Positions 1 through 13,325 of a stretch of DNA of 64,000 bases are shown in pieces (position 1 is the first letter of the stretch; every line of letters starts with the position of its first letter). The position numbers were made by a program, and so were the translations under genes. This DNA comes from Octopus vulgaris (Eukaryota): the NCBI GenBank assembly GCA_951406725.2, contig OX597824.1, positions 45,136,001-45,200,000 on the forward strand, written 5' to 3'. Under the pieces are notes generated by a model. It made no database searches, was not told the origin of the DNA, and saw only the letters and a list, made by a program, of their open reading frames with translations.

Positions 1-192
1 GGCCCAAATATTCTACCTCTTTTATGTTCAACCCAAGCAGATCTAGTCTCTCTCACTTCCCCTATAATGTCATTGTAAAAGTAAACAATCATGTTATCAA
101 AATCTTGAAGCTATAAGATAATGTATGATTAATTCAAAACAATGTGAATAAATAATGCATTTAACTGAGTAATCTGAATGCTAGATGGTTAA
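1..192. mobile_element. Partial piggyBac-like MITE ending in TTAA; related copies near 48628 and 59455
   Basis: Ends ...gaatgctagatggTTAA. Shares 'ccaaatat(t/c)ctacct' with 48663 and 'aatcttgaagctataagata' with about 59543. Confidence 0.5.
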
Positions 193-499
193 AGGTTGTC
201 TCAGTAAAGTAACATTCTTATTGATGTCTAGTTGAAAATGTTCAGCTTCTCAAGATAAAACATTTCTTTAAAATTATTTTATGAACTCATATATAGCTGT
301 AGCATTCACATTGTTTATTTTACAAGTTTCTAATCTGCCTAATAACAATGTTGATTATTTGTCTAGTCCAACTGTTTTTATAGTTTGCAATAAAGATTCA
401 ACCCACTTCTCTCCTAAATTTACATCATGTTATGGTGTGATAAAAAAAAACCCTAATAATTAAATTGGTGGTATACAGCCTAGCCACAGGTATATCCTT

Positions 500-890
500 T
501 ATTTTTACTTGTTTCAGTCATTAAACTGCAGCCATGCTGGAGTATTACCTTGAGGAATTTTTAATCAAACAAATTGACCCCAGTACTTTTTTTTTTATGA
601 CTATTGTTTTCCTTAGCTGAACTGCTAAATTACAGAGGTATAAACTCACCGACACTAGCTGGTGGGGGACAAACATAAACACTAAGACACACACACGTAG
701 ATATATAGATAGATTGATATATGACGGGCTTCCTTCAGTTTCTGTCTTCCAAATCCACTCACAAGGTTTTGGTCAACACGAAGCTGTAGTAGAAGACACT
801 TGGCCAAGGTGCCACACTGTATGACTGAACCAGAACTATATGGTTAGGAAGCAAACTTCTTTTACCACACAGCCATGCCTGTGCCTGCAG
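500..890 (-). mobile_element. tRNA-derived SINE with CA-microsatellite core
   Basis: Same architecture recurs at 5820-6170, 19520-19870 and 52425-52810: head 'ggcatggctgtgtggtaa', tail 'ccagcatggctgcag...tgactgaaacaagtaaaa'. Confidence 0.7.
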
Positions 891-2719
891 TAATTTTTTT
901 TTTTTTTTATCATAAAGTTGTAGGCTTAGATTTTTTTAATTTCATTATATTAAACGTATTTTCATAAACATTATATTAGGCACCAGAATATATGTCAAAT
1001 TTTAAATTTATCAAATAGCCATCCACTTGCACATTAATCTAGCAAGTCAGTAATACAGTTAATCAAACAACTGAACAGCCATTGCTGAAACTGACAGAGG
1101 ATCATATGTGTGTGTGTACCTTTTCATGCATATATTTATACAATTTCAGAAATAAATCTTATATATGTGTACATGCTTATAGCTAAATCTCATCTAATGC
1201 ATTTTTAAAAAATAAAGAATTCAAATGAGAAACTCAAGCTGGTTGAATTTCTCAATTTCAAAGAATTAACATTTTTTATTGTTTTTGTATTGATCATATG
1301 CCAATGTTTGGGCTAGTGCAAGTGTTTTCTGAATATTGATTACTACTTACTTTAGGCATGACTTTGGGTAGCAGACTGTGTTTGTGTTAAATTGTTATGT
1401 GTGTATAAATATATGGCATCACTATTTCTTCATCATAATTCTGATATAAGTGAGTTTGGTTTAATGTTCAGTATATTGGCAGTCTATCTTACACTCTTCT
1501 TATTTGTTTCCATTTTCATTTTTATTGTAGTTATGTATTTTCTTGGATAAATGCAAGAATTCCTATTAGTAACTTCTTGAATTGTATAACTGTATTCTAT
1601 CATTCCTGTACAGTTTGTTGATGCAAGTTACATCATGATATGATTGCAAATACACACAATTTGCACACGCAATTATATCTACAAAAAAGCTGGCTCATTT
1701 ATTTATTAGGAGTTTGATGTTTATAACAAAAGCTGTATTTGTAAAGCAGAAAATAAGTTGGATTGAATTATCCCTATTATTTTTACTGACTCCCTAACAT
1801 AATGAAGATAATACATGTATAAGAAATCAATATTAGCATTAGCAGTGTAACACAATCCAATTTTGTATCCAAGTTTTTAATCTGAATCTATTGCATACAA
1901 TAAAGTATATTGAGATCACTTCAGTTGATTATATATGATAATGGTATGATGAATTTCTGCATAATCCAATAATATTTTAAAGTATATTTGTACCTATTCA
2001 AAAGAAATCTTTTCATCAATATCAGTGGATGTTAACATCAGACATTCAACATCATTTTCCAAATATATTTAGGAAACTGAATAGGTAAATGCCAGTAATG
2101 AGAATTATATATAGTTATTTCTCACATATTTATCTTCAATACTTATATCATTAAGGAAACATTTATTTATAGGTGAGATGAAATGGAGAGTTAGGACATT
2201 TACTCTCTTATAAGATTTTGCAACTTAAGTCATTTCACCAAAAACCTATTGCTATAAGATAGTGCCTGAAGACTAGTAGTAGTAGTAGTAGTAGTATATT
2301 CTTAAGTATAAGAGCCTTCTAAAATATAATGGAGAGAAAGTTGTTAGGTTTTTGCTTTTTCTAACAGCATTTGTTCTATTCATCCATCCATCATCTCCAA
2401 CCACTATTCCTAGGGATGGGGGTGAGGTCTCTAGTGAGTAGTATCCTCAGGTTCCTCCTCCATAGAGTTATATGAGAAACAACCATTGTCACACTTTCTG
2501 CATCTATTCCAGTTGGCTCCAACATCTTATCCCTTTTTTTACTGTTAGTTGTCTATCTCTAAGCCCCTGCCCCACCCCCTGCCATTCCTCATTGTCCAGT
2601 AATGCTCTGTAATGCATTTGGTAAAATAATGTGGTAGTACAGCTTCCCCACCACCACCATATTACCAAGCTCTGTTTATTGTTGATTTTCTCCACCTGCT
2701 ACTCTCTTCAAGGAAGATA

Positions 2720-2910
2720 CATAGCAGAGTGGTTAGAGTGTTCAACTCAAGATCATAATGTCAGAGGTTTCACTTCATGGACTGAGTGGTACATTGTGAC
2801 CTTGAGCAAAACACTTAATTTCATATTGCTCCAGTTTACTCATCTGAAAATGGGTACCATCCAAGTACTGATGCATCTCTGTCTACTCCAATTGTCACAT
2901 TCTGGATAGG
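2720..2910 (+). mobile_element. Degenerate tRNA-derived SINE
   Basis: 'tagcagagtggttagagtg' A-box-like head; body similar to 6671-6995 ('ccttgagcaa', 'ttgtcacattctg'). Confidence 0.5.
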
Positions 2911-4149
2911 AGAGTCAAAAGTGTATTTATGTCTGCTCACACCTACATAGGCACCTAAAACAGTTAGCAAAAGCATGGTACTTATTATGAAGCCATAGTC
3001 ATTTGTATATGATGACTGGCTCTTTTTCTTAACTTTCTTTAAATGCATACACTTCAGCTAAATTACTGGTCTATCACAGTTATTGTAATAAAGCTAAGGT
3101 TACCCTACATATGATTAATGACACTCTTTCTTTCTTGAAGTGTTTCTTCTGTCTACTGAATATTCAATTTTTCAGCTATAAGTAGACATGTAAGATCCCT
3201 AGCCAGCACTAAACTGGCATCTGAATGCTATAACTTAGTTATTGAAGTTGTTGAACCTTAATGTTTCAAAAGCCAATTTTGTAAGAAATTTTCAAGTAAG
3301 ACATAGTCCTACAAAGTCGCTTTTGAAATACTCTGGAGATATCTTACTTGAAAATATTCATTTAGTTTTTCAGAAAGATTTTAATAATATAAAGAACAAA
3401 ATCATGTAGTTCTCACTGTAATTCAAAACCAGGTTATAAATTTACATTTGGTTTCTGACTAATTATTTAAGGTTTTCTTTTCATATTTATATCATTTGAT
3501 GATCTGTAATATTGCCAGATTTGAAATACATTTGCTGGGGTCTTTTTTTTCGAAGTATTTTACCCCTTATCTTTATGCTATTTTGTTTTTATTGTTTCTC
3601 TTTAACCAAAGAGAAAAGATTATGCATACAACATACAACGTTTTTGATAAAACAAACAAAAAGGATGATTTGATCAGATTGATGTTAAAAATTTCAATTG
3701 TTGAAGACAATAGTAATTGACAAACATCAACTGCTAAATTATTTATTCCTCATTACTAAATTACTTGGCTTTCTTATTTTTCACTAAAGTGGCCTAACAT
3801 AACTAATAGGAAATTATAGAGTAATTTTTGTCACTGATAAAGGCATTTTTTTAATATTCAGATATTTTTTTATTATTAAAAGAAAAATTGTTTTCCATTA
3901 TTTTGCATGTACTGAATTCTAATGATTCATTTTTCTCATAGCAAAGAAATTATATGAAATCTTGATCAGTATACTTTAATCATTATATTTTGTCTATTTT
4001 TTTAAACCATCATACAGCTTCTATTTTCTCTCTTGAAAGAAAGTAAAAGAAAAAAGCATTCAGTACCTCAAATTTCAAGCTATTTCCAAGTACATTTCAC
4101 TTATTTCAATAAATTCAAAATTTTTCAGTAGACATTTGTTTCCTTTCAG

Positions 4150-4274
4150 GATTTGGTAAATGAGAAGATTCAGATGCAACAGCTTCTGAATGAACGAGAG
4201 AAACTTGGTCAAGAACTGGAACAGATTGGTCTCAAGAGAGAAGAGCTAATGAAGAATCATGAATCAGATGAAAG
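4150..4274 (+). CDS. CCDC88: Girdin/Daple (CCDC88) coiled-coil exon DLVNEKIQMQQLLNEREKLGQELEQIGLKREELMKNHESDE; upstream exons lie outside the window
   Basis: tttcag|GAT acceptor and AG|gtattc donor (phase 0 to 2); resembles the CCDC88 'LV.EK...QQ....LEKL..ELE.IGL..E.L' segment. Confidence 0.85.
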
Positions 4275-5327
4275 GTATTCTTCCCCTGATCATCAAAATA
4301 AAAAAATATTTCTTGCTAACTTCTCTGTTGCCACCTCCTCCCCTCCTCTACTTCCTTCCTCTTTCAACCTGATGCATTACAAATGATGGCCACCAAATAA
4401 GAGGATCTTGCTGGAAGATACTAAATAGAAAGACCAAACATAATCTCTGTATAAACCAGATAGGAGTGATATCAATGCTTTCAGTTTTGTTAATGTGGGT
4501 TCTATACTTTTCTGACTGAAATAGGTATCTCCAGAATGAGATATTAATCAATTAGCCAATGTAGATGCTATTCTAGATGAAGGTAAATGAAGATATAATA
4601 GTAAACCTTACAAAGGAATACTTTTTCCAGTTAATATTGTTTAGTTGACAGTGACTTTCCTAAAATAGCATTTTAAAGAAAATTTAGCATACCAAGATAT
4701 ATTAGTACCTTCTATCAAACATCCCTGGCTATAAAATACTATTAATCTTAATGTGGGAATATGACTGTTGTTATCCAGCATATGATCATGATTTTCTGCT
4801 CATTTCCATCCTAATGCTGGCATGAACTACATAGTTTTTCACAATTTTGTATTAACTGCTCTGTAAAGTGGATGTGTAAGCTTTCTGCTAAGATGACTAA
4901 GGTGTAAGAAGTGTTTTGTTGGTTGATGCAATTCAGTGCCTCACTCTTGCACTCATTGCCTGTCCAGTAGCTTAATCACATCCCTCATAACTTAATACAA
5001 TGTTATTGCCCTTTTCATTCTAGAGAGCACTGATAGCAGTTGTCACCAGAACATAAAAATTTCAGTTTTGAAATAATAATCTTTAGATCTAAAATTTAAA
5101 AATCTATGTTATCATGATAAATTATTTTGGCTTCAATTTTTGGAGGTTGGCATCTAAAGAGTATATTACTGCTGCTTATAATGTTTTGAAGAAAAATCAA
5201 CAAAAGTTGAACCTAGGGGAATCTTAAATTCTGTCCTCAATTAGTTTTTTTTTTTTTAAAAAAGAATAAAAACTTTTATCCAGTCATCTGCTATTCACAA
5301 CAATTTCTTCATCCTAATAATAATAAT

Positions 5328-5545
5328 CCTTTCTACTAAAGGCACAAGGCCTGAAATTTGAGAAGAGGAGGTAGTCGATTACATTGACCCCAGTGTTCAA
5401 CTGGTACTTATTTCATCGACCCTGAAAGCATGAAATGCAAAGTCAACCTCAGCTGAATTTGAACTCAGAACATAAAGACGGGAGAAACACTGCTAAGCAT
5501 TTTGCCCAGCATGCTAATGATTCTGCTAGTTTGCTGCTTTTGTTC
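5328..5545 (-). mobile_element. tRNA-derived SINE (family of 24194 and 56194)
   Basis: Reverse complement of the 24194 family, with B-box 'gagttcaaattc'; flanked on both sides by ctaataataataat. Confidence 0.75.
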
Positions 5546-5819
5546 TAATAATAATAATAAATAACTTGCTGGACCCATGAAAACTTTACAGAAAATATAA
5601 AAATTGTAAACATTTGTAAATTGTGTGCTGGTGCTATGAGAAATGTTGCTATATTGTGACAGTTACAGAATATAGAAAGAAGTATAAAACCAATAACTAT
5701 ATATTCCAACCAAAATATCAGTCATACAAACATAAACAGAATTACTATTTAGCCTTAAAATACATTGTACATATTAAAAGAACGTTCTTGGTTTAGTGGT
5801 ACAGAACGTTCTTCTGGTA

Positions 5820-6030
5820 TTCTTTTATTCTTTCAGTCATTTGACTGTAGCTATGCTGGAGCACTGTTCTTTAGTCTAAGAAATCGACCCCTGGACTTAT
5901 TCCCTGTAAGCCTGGTGCTTATTCAATCAGTCTCTTCCGCCAAACATCTAAGTTACAGGGACACAAACACACCAACATTGGTTGTCAAGCAATGGTGGTG
6001 GTGGGGACAAACACACACACATAAATATAT

Positions 6031-6091
<61 letters not shown>

Positions 6092-6170
6092 AGGTTTCTT
6101 TTAGTTTCTGTCTATGAAATCCACCCACGAGGCTTTAGTCAGCCCGAGGCTATAATAGAAAACATTCTTT
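5820..6170 (-). mobile_element. SINE with (CA)n(TA)n core, head truncated
   Basis: Similar to 500-890 and 19520-19870. Confidence 0.7.
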
Positions 6171-6670
6171 AAAGTATAGAGTTGAATTTCATATAGCCAC
6201 CTGTTGGCAACATTTCTCTCCCACCCATTTTTTAGGGGGTATTACCCATTTTTCTCAGCTCTTTTCACAGCTATACCCCATTCAAAATTTGCATTAGTTT
6301 CTGTATGAAAAAGAAAGGAAGGGAGTGGGGCTTGTTTGTAGTTTGTAGAAGAAATGTTAAATGTGCCTGAAAAAGAACATGGTCTTTCCCCAAAACTAAA
6401 AGATAAGAAGAACTATGAAAGAAGGTGAATAAGTACTGGGAGTGGGGAAAAGAACAGTCGATCATTTTAGAACCCCCAGAATGAAAACGTAAACAACTGA
6501 AAGACTTTCCCACTATTCGTTACTAAAAGTCTTTCTCTCTTCTTCATTGTTGAAAGTAAAGAAGCTAGAAAAGATCAACCGTATTTCAGTCTAATTATCA
6601 TTTTAAATGAGTGACGCTTTCCTTTCTCTGTCTATATAGCTTCACTCCTTTTTTCTATGGTTAAGAGAGT

Positions 6671-6995
6671 GAAGGTGCATGGCTCAATGGTTAGGGGTAT
6701 TCGACCCACAATCATAAAGTCGTGAATGAGTATGATTCCCGGTGGTGTGCTATGTTCTTGAACAAGGTACTGTACTTAACCTTGCTGCAGTCCACTCAGC
6801 TGGCAAAAATGAGTTGTAGCTGTAATTCAAAGGGACCAGCCTTGTCACATTCTGTGTGAGACTGAATCTCCCTGAGAACTACATTATGATATGCACGTCT
6901 GTGGTGTACTCAGCCACATGCGCATTAATTTTATGAGCAGACTGTTCCGTTGATCAGATAAACAGGAACCTCATCGTTGTAACCGACAGAGTACT
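6671..6995 (+). mobile_element. tRNA-derived SINE, second family
   Basis: Head 'gaaggtgcatggctcaatggttagg'; partial repeat at 7310-7465 and inverted copy at 9010-9335. Confidence 0.7.
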
Positions 6996-7309
6996 ATTTT
7001 TTAAAAGGAGTGAAAAAAAAGGAAATGTTCCATATCATAAGGCAAAAATATGTGTTTAGTATAAGCAGTGAAAGCTAAGACTAAATAATTGCTATTCTGT
7101 CGTAGTGACTTTGCACTGGACTCAAGCTCAGTTTGATTACAACAGCCTGTGCATTGGTGTTTATCTGGGGGCTTGGCCTCAAGATCAGTGAAACCCACAA
7201 ATGCCACTGTTAGGACTGGATTAATACCCATAGGGACCTTCACAACTAAAAAGATTTTCCTGCCTCTATATAGGATCTTTTTTCATTTTCTTCTGACCAC
7301 TTGAAGGTT

Positions 7310-7465
7310 TATCTTGCTCCAGCCTACTCAGCTGGCCAGAATGAGTTGTAGCTGTAATTGAAAGGAGCCAGCCTTGTCATATTCTGTGTGAGGTTGAATC
7401 TCCCTGAGAACTATATTAATAGTATGCATGTCTGTGGAGTACTCAACCATTGTGATTTAATTTTA
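7310..7465 (+). mobile_element. Partial copy of the 6671 SINE
   Basis: Near-identical 'actcagctggc...atgagttgtagctgtaatt...gaatctccctgagaacta'. Confidence 0.7.
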
Positions 7466-7639
7466 TCCTCGTGTGGTAATGAAAAGTGAAAATGATATCA
7501 ATATTTTCTGTAGTTATTTGTCTTTGATGTAACAATGTATCTATGTATCAACTTTTCATTGGATCTATGTATCTACTCTCTCTCTCTCACTTCTTCTGTG
7601 TCCCTCCTCTCTCCCGCTATTTATTTAGCTATATGTATA

Positions 7640-8150
7640 TGTATCTATGTATCTGCTTTTCTTTCAATCTATGTATCTACTTTTCTTTCAATCTATGTAT
7701 CTACTTTTCTTTCAGTCTATGTATCTACTTTTCTTTCAGTCTATGTATCTACTTTCCTTTCACTCTATGTATCTACTTTTCTTTCAATCTATGTACCTAC
7801 TTTTCTTTCAGTCTATGTATATACCTTTCTTTCGATCTATGTATCTACTTTTATTTCGATCTATGTGCCTACTTTTCTTTCGATCTATGTGCCTACTTTT
7901 CTTTCGATCTATGTGCCTACTTTTCTTTCGATCTATGTGCCTACTTTTCTTTCGATCTATGTGCCTACTTTTCTTTCGATCTATGTGCCTACTTTTCTTT
8001 CGATCTATGTGCCTACTTTTCTTTCGATCTATGTGCCTACTTTTCTTTCGATCTATGTATCTACTTTTCTGTCGATCTATGTATCTATTTTTCTTTCAAT
8101 CTATGTTAATACTTTTATTTTCATCTGTGTTTCTACTTTTCTTTCAATGT
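7640..8150. repeat. 24-bp minisatellite (TCTATGT[G/A][C/T]CTACTTTTCTTTC[G/A]A), about 21 units
   Basis: Direct tandem units are visible; they explain the three overlapping periodic ORFs at 7535-8242. Confidence 0.95.
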
Positions 8151-9009
8151 ATGCATCAGTCTACTCTGAAAATATTGATAAACACTTTACCTCTCCCTTC
8201 AACTGTAGAAGTGTAACAGTAACTTCCACAGCTATTTGCTGAGAGAGAGAGACAGACAGACAGGGAGAGAGAGTGTGTGTTAGAGAGAGAGGCAAATGGA
8301 CAGAATAACTGTCAGACAGATAGATAGACAAGCAACATTTTTTTTTGCAATTTCCATATTTTCAACAGCTTTATCATATATCATCAAAAACGAAAAGTTT
8401 CCATTTTCTGTATGAGAATGGTTCCATACTCTTTCACTATTATTCTCTATCCACTCCCTTCCGTCACTCAATCTATATCTCTAAATCTCTCTCTCTCTTC
8501 TTCCCTCTCCTTCCTCTATGTCTCCTTGCCCCTAACTGTCTTCCTGCATATAATGCATTATATTTCTCTTATGTCTCAGCATTATCAATCTTCCCTCCCT
8601 CTCTCTTTCTCTCTTTCACTTCCTCCTCTTTGCCACTTTGCCTCTCATTTCAACTATACCTCCTCTGCTTAACACCTTTTATTTCTTTTTTCCTTTGTAC
8701 CTCTCCCTTCAACCTTTTTACATCAGAACATCTTTTAGCTTATAACCTTAAGTCACTTGTTACACATTGATTGAATTATATTATCTTTAATCTATTGATA
8801 GAAAATAAAATGAAACTATGACAATGTTTGGCAATTTCTTATTACTGACAGCCAAACAATTTTTGATAATAGGGTTCATTTGAAACATGTAGAAGTATCT
8901 TACTGATAAATTAGGAATATTGTATTTGGTTTCAACCATCATTTAGTGTTTTAAATTTATAGTCACTAATGCTTTCAATTTTGCAATCACTGTAATCACT
9001 ACTGTATAA

Positions 9010-9335
9010 CTGGTACTCCATCAGTTACAACAGTGAGGTTTCAAGTTGATCCAATCAACAGAACAGCCTGCTCGTGAAATTAATGTGCCAGTGGCTGAGC
9101 ACTCCACAGACACATGTACCTCAATGCAGTTCTCTGGGAGATTCAGCATGACACAGAATGTGATTAGGCTGGCCCTTTGAAATACAGGTACTACTCATTT
9201 TTACCTGCTGAGTGGACTGGAGCAATGTGAAAATATAATGACTTGCTCAAGGACACAATGTGTTGCCAGGAATTGAACCCACAACCTTACAATCATGAGC
9301 TGAATACTCTAACCATTAAGCCACGTGTCTTCACT
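9010..9335 (-). mobile_element. tRNA-derived SINE, inverted relative to 6671-6995
   Basis: Its reverse complement matches the 6671 copy along the whole length. Confidence 0.75.
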
Positions 9336-9571
9336 GCTGTATATCACAGTTCTAATTATAAATCATGTTCATATCTAAATTAAGTATTATGCAATTGGTT
9401 ACTAATACATATTATGTTAGCTATAAATCCTGTCATCAATGAATTGGTTTAAGAATGCAGGAATGTAACAAATATCAATAAGATTGAGTTAATTTGTTTA
9501 ATAAATTTATATTTGAGTTAGTTACTTTTATCAAACTCGTTCTTTTTTCTCTTTTTTAAATTTCACTGCAG

Positions 9572-9661
9572 TCGGTTCCAGGTATTTGAAAATATGATGC
9601 AAGATGCTATAAAGAAAAATACGGAAATAAAAGACGACAAGATTCTTTCATTGGAGAGTAG
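9572..9661 (+). CDS. CCDC88: CCDC88 exon (S)RFQVFENMMQDAIKKNTEIKDDKILSLESR
   Basis: ctgcag|T ... AG|gtaagg, 90 bp, phase 2 to 2; matches Girdin 'LKKSLEIKEEKIAALEARLEES'. Confidence 0.9.
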
Positions 9662-9838
9662 GTAAGGCACAAGACAAATAATGTTTTACTCATTGATATT
9701 TTAAGTGAGATTTTTTTGTTAATCTCTTCTAGAAATGAAATATAATTTTATAAAAATTATGTCTGATATAGTTGTGTACTTCATGGTCTCAATAAAACAT
9801 TTCTGAATTGACATATTTGCTCCTAATACACTATAATA

Positions 9839-11131
9839 CGAGGGGCGTTCAATAAGTAATGCCCCTGACACACTTCCCATAACAGTAGAGCAACGAAACT
9901 AGGCACAGTTATTAGTCCTTTTCTACATAGGAAGCACCCAGAGTTACACATTTCTCCCATCGTTTGATGCAGCTCTGGAGACCGTTTTTGTAGAAAACCC
10001 CAGCTTGGTCCTCCAACCACGACGTGACTTCAGAAATCAAGGCTGCATCATCTGGGAAACGCTTTCCTTTCAAAAACAACTTCATGGCTGGGAAGAGGTG
10101 AAAATGAGAGGGTGCAAGGTCAGGAGAGTAGGGGGAATGGGGGAGGAGTTCATAGCCGCACGCCTGTGCTTCTGATCTGACGACACGCGAGTTGTGGACC
10201 GTAGCGTTGTCCTGAAGGAGGAGGATGCCTTTGCTGATCTTGCCCCGCCTCTTGATTTTGATAGCTTCTCTTAATTTCCTCAAAAGTGAAGCATAATAGG
10301 CTCCTGTAATTGTGGTACCCTTTGCCAGGAAATCTGTCATCACTACTCCGTCCTGGTCCCAGAAGACTGTGAGCATGACCTTGCCAGCAGAGGGCTGCAC
10401 CCTTGCCTTCTTTGGAGGAGGTGAGTCACGGTGCTTCCACTGCATTGACTGGGCTTTGGTCTCTGGATCATAGTGATGGGCCCAGGTTTCATCCTGTGTA
10501 ATTAGTCTTTTGAAAAATTTTGACTCATCTTCTTGGCACATCTCCAAATTCATCCTTGAGCACTCGACGCGTTCTTGCTTCTGGAAAGGTGTGAGCAACC
10601 TGGGAATCTATCTGGCAGACACCTTTTGCATATGCAAATGATCATGAATTATAGTTTCCACAGATCCGGTACTAATCTTGACCTCATGGGCTATTTGGCG
10701 AATAGTTATGCGTCGATCTTCCAAAATGGCAGCCTCAACTTGACGGACAAATGCCTCATCAATGGCAGAAGGGGGGCGACCAGATCTGGGAGCTGTTTCC
10801 ACAGAGTTCCGACCATGTTTGAATTCATGATGCCAGCGTTTTACAAGGTCATATGATGGGGCATCATCACCATAAGTTACTTTCATTTCATCAAAAGTCT
10901 CCCGTGGTGTGCGTCCTTTCAAATACAAAAACTGGATCACTGCTCGACACTCAACAGTCTCCATTTCACACTTGACTCAGTTCAAACACCTGTAAATCAG
11001 AAACCACAATTAGTACAGAGCTGTAATTTACTACTTAATCTGTAGAGATATGAATAATTGCACATGCAAAATTTCAGCTATATCAAACAACTGCAAGTGG
11101 GTCAGGGGCATTACTTATTGAGCGTCCCTCG
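9839..11131 (-). mobile_element. Full-length mariner transposon (1293 bp) with about 31-bp TIRs and TA target duplication
   Basis: TA|cgaggggcgttcaataagtaatgcccctgac ... gtcaggggcattacttattgagcgtccctcg|TA, with a transposase inside. Confidence 0.95.
9912..10964 (-). pseudogene. Mariner DD34D-type transposase, about 350 codons, one in-frame TAG at 10608-10610 and third catalytic Asp changed to His
   Basis: ORFs 10608..10964 and 9912..10598 share one frame; motifs HTH, (W>*)IPRLL, TQDETW, LQDNA, YSPDLAPS(H)FHLF. Confidence 0.9.
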
Positions 11132-13217
11132 TAGTCTTAATAATAATATATGTGCTCACACACATTGGCATATATATATATTTATATATACAATGTATCA
11201 ATATGCTCTATCTCAACAACTTAATAAAATATCTGATCTGGATCAAATTTCTCGAGAAATTTAATGATTATGGTGTAGCTCCAGCATGGCTATGGTCTAA
11301 TGACTGAAACAAGTAAAAGATAAAAGATATGCTAATTGCAAAATTAAGAAAAAGCATATGCTGTATCCTGTTACAGTTAAACTAACTTTAACCTTAAAGA
11401 TTAAAATTAAACATTAACCAGGTAGGAAGATGAATTTAATTTTGGTATTTTCAAAGTATCTCATTAAGCCTTAAATGTATGACATTATCCCCCCACCCCT
11501 GTATAGCATATATTAATCAATACCTTTGCAATAAGTTTAGTTGCCATTTTTAGTTTTACATGCCTATATACATAATGTTACCTTCCAAGTGTGTGCTGTT
11601 GGTGTTACAACTGCTATGAATAGGCTGATTAGTTTAGTCTGTGTTGCAAAAAGGAAAAGAAAAGCAAGAAACTTTACTTGAAATTGTGATATCCTTATAC
11701 AACTATTAGAAATATACATATATATATCTTCTTTTCATTCACATCAAGAAAGAAAATGCAGCTCAAATGTTTTTTTGTTTTGTTTTTAACTTTAAATTTA
11801 AGCAATAAATACAAATTTTGCTGATGCAGACCACTATTAGTTCCCTGGATTTTTTAATTATCCAGGTTTGGAGGGAAAGGCCATGCTCTTTGCAATCCCT
11901 CCAAGGCTGGTGAAGCTATTAACATTCTGCTTAAATATTTTGAAAGTTGAATTCTGGCTTTTAGCTATGAGAAAATATTCATATCAATCTTATAACTTAA
12001 CATCAATTGCAAGTTTAATATTTTTAGTTTGAAATATTTCACAGCAAGCCGTTCTCAAATTTATTTAATTAGGTTAAAATTCCTCACCTCATTCTTCTGC
12101 TGTCTGGAGTTTGGTTGTACTAAGTTTTATTACATGTCAAATGTATCCCAAACAATAAAGCAATTTTGCGTGCACACGTCTGCATACACACACATACACA
12201 GATCTACTTTACTTTATAAACTAAACTATTATTATTCAAATGTAGTGTTGTCTTTTTGTTTGTTTTTTTTTTGTTTTTGGAAGTTATGCTTTATCATCAA
12301 ACATTTGATACCCCCACACACAGCTTTGCTCTAATTTATTTATATAAATTATTAAAAACTGTTTTGTATTCATTTATCACATGTTTCTGCTCTGTCTCTT
12401 TTTATCCCTGGAATATCTTTTGTTGTGTGCATTTGTAAGTGAAAACAATTTATGCATGTACATGTCATTGTTGGCATCCATTTGTGTATGAGTGAAAGCA
12501 ATTTATGCATGTGTGGATGTCCTTGTAGGCCTGAATGTGCATATGTGATTTTGTTTTCATGTAAATATCCATTGTCAAAATGACATGTCAATAGTTTCAT
12601 TTATTCAAGATATAAACAGAATACGTGTCACCTATATGAAGATTCCAGGATGTATTAGACACTAATTGACTAACATTCCCTCCCAAAACTTAACCCACTC
12701 ATTCTACATTCATTTCACATTGCTTCCTCATTTCCATTGTTATTTCACCCTAGTTTCCCATCATTTTCCCATTTTCTTCTTTATTTAATAAAAAAAATTC
12801 ATATATTTTGTTCATTATTTTCATTACATGTTTTTCTTTTTGTTGTCACCTAGTATTTACAATTCCCTTGTCTCAATATAGCTAGTATATACTATGTCAC
12901 CATCACAACACTAATAGATTGCTTATTTACCTTTTTTTTTTTCACATAAATAGACATATTAACCACCACTACCACACCTGCTGTCAGTTGTTGATGCACT
13001 GCTCTATATTTATCATTCGTATTGCAGCTTTCTAAATTAAAATTAATTACAGTTTTGCTACTGACTTGTGTTGATTATCTTTCCATTTTCTTTAGTCAAA
13101 CCACCCCAACTTCACACTATTGTTTTCTTTTGAACATTTTTTATTTCTATTTCTTGGTTTATGAACCAATCAGTAGTTGACTATTCATAACTTTTTTTTA
13201 ATCATTTGTATATCTAG

Positions 13218-13325
13218 ACTAGAGGAGTCCAAGAACAGAAACATGAAATTACAAGAAGAACTTCGCTCAGTTAAGAGGGACTGTGAATCACTCAAACAAC
13301 GACTTGAAGAAGAGTTCCAAGATGG
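13218..13325 (+). CDS. CCDC88: CCDC88 exon LEESKNRNMKLQEELRSVKRDCESLKQRLEEEFQDG
   Basis: tctag|A ... GG|gtacta, phase 2 to 2; continues the Girdin-like coiled coil. Confidence 0.88.

Noticed and set aside
7535-8242. Three overlapping periodic hydrophobic ORFs, and a possible CRISPR-like array
   Set aside because: A head-to-tail 24-bp minisatellite with no unique spacers, in a eukaryotic intron.
12045-12072. Possible stop-containing poison exon (cacag|...TAG|gttaaa) with TGCATG motifs downstream
   Set aside because: Poor donor and no independent support.
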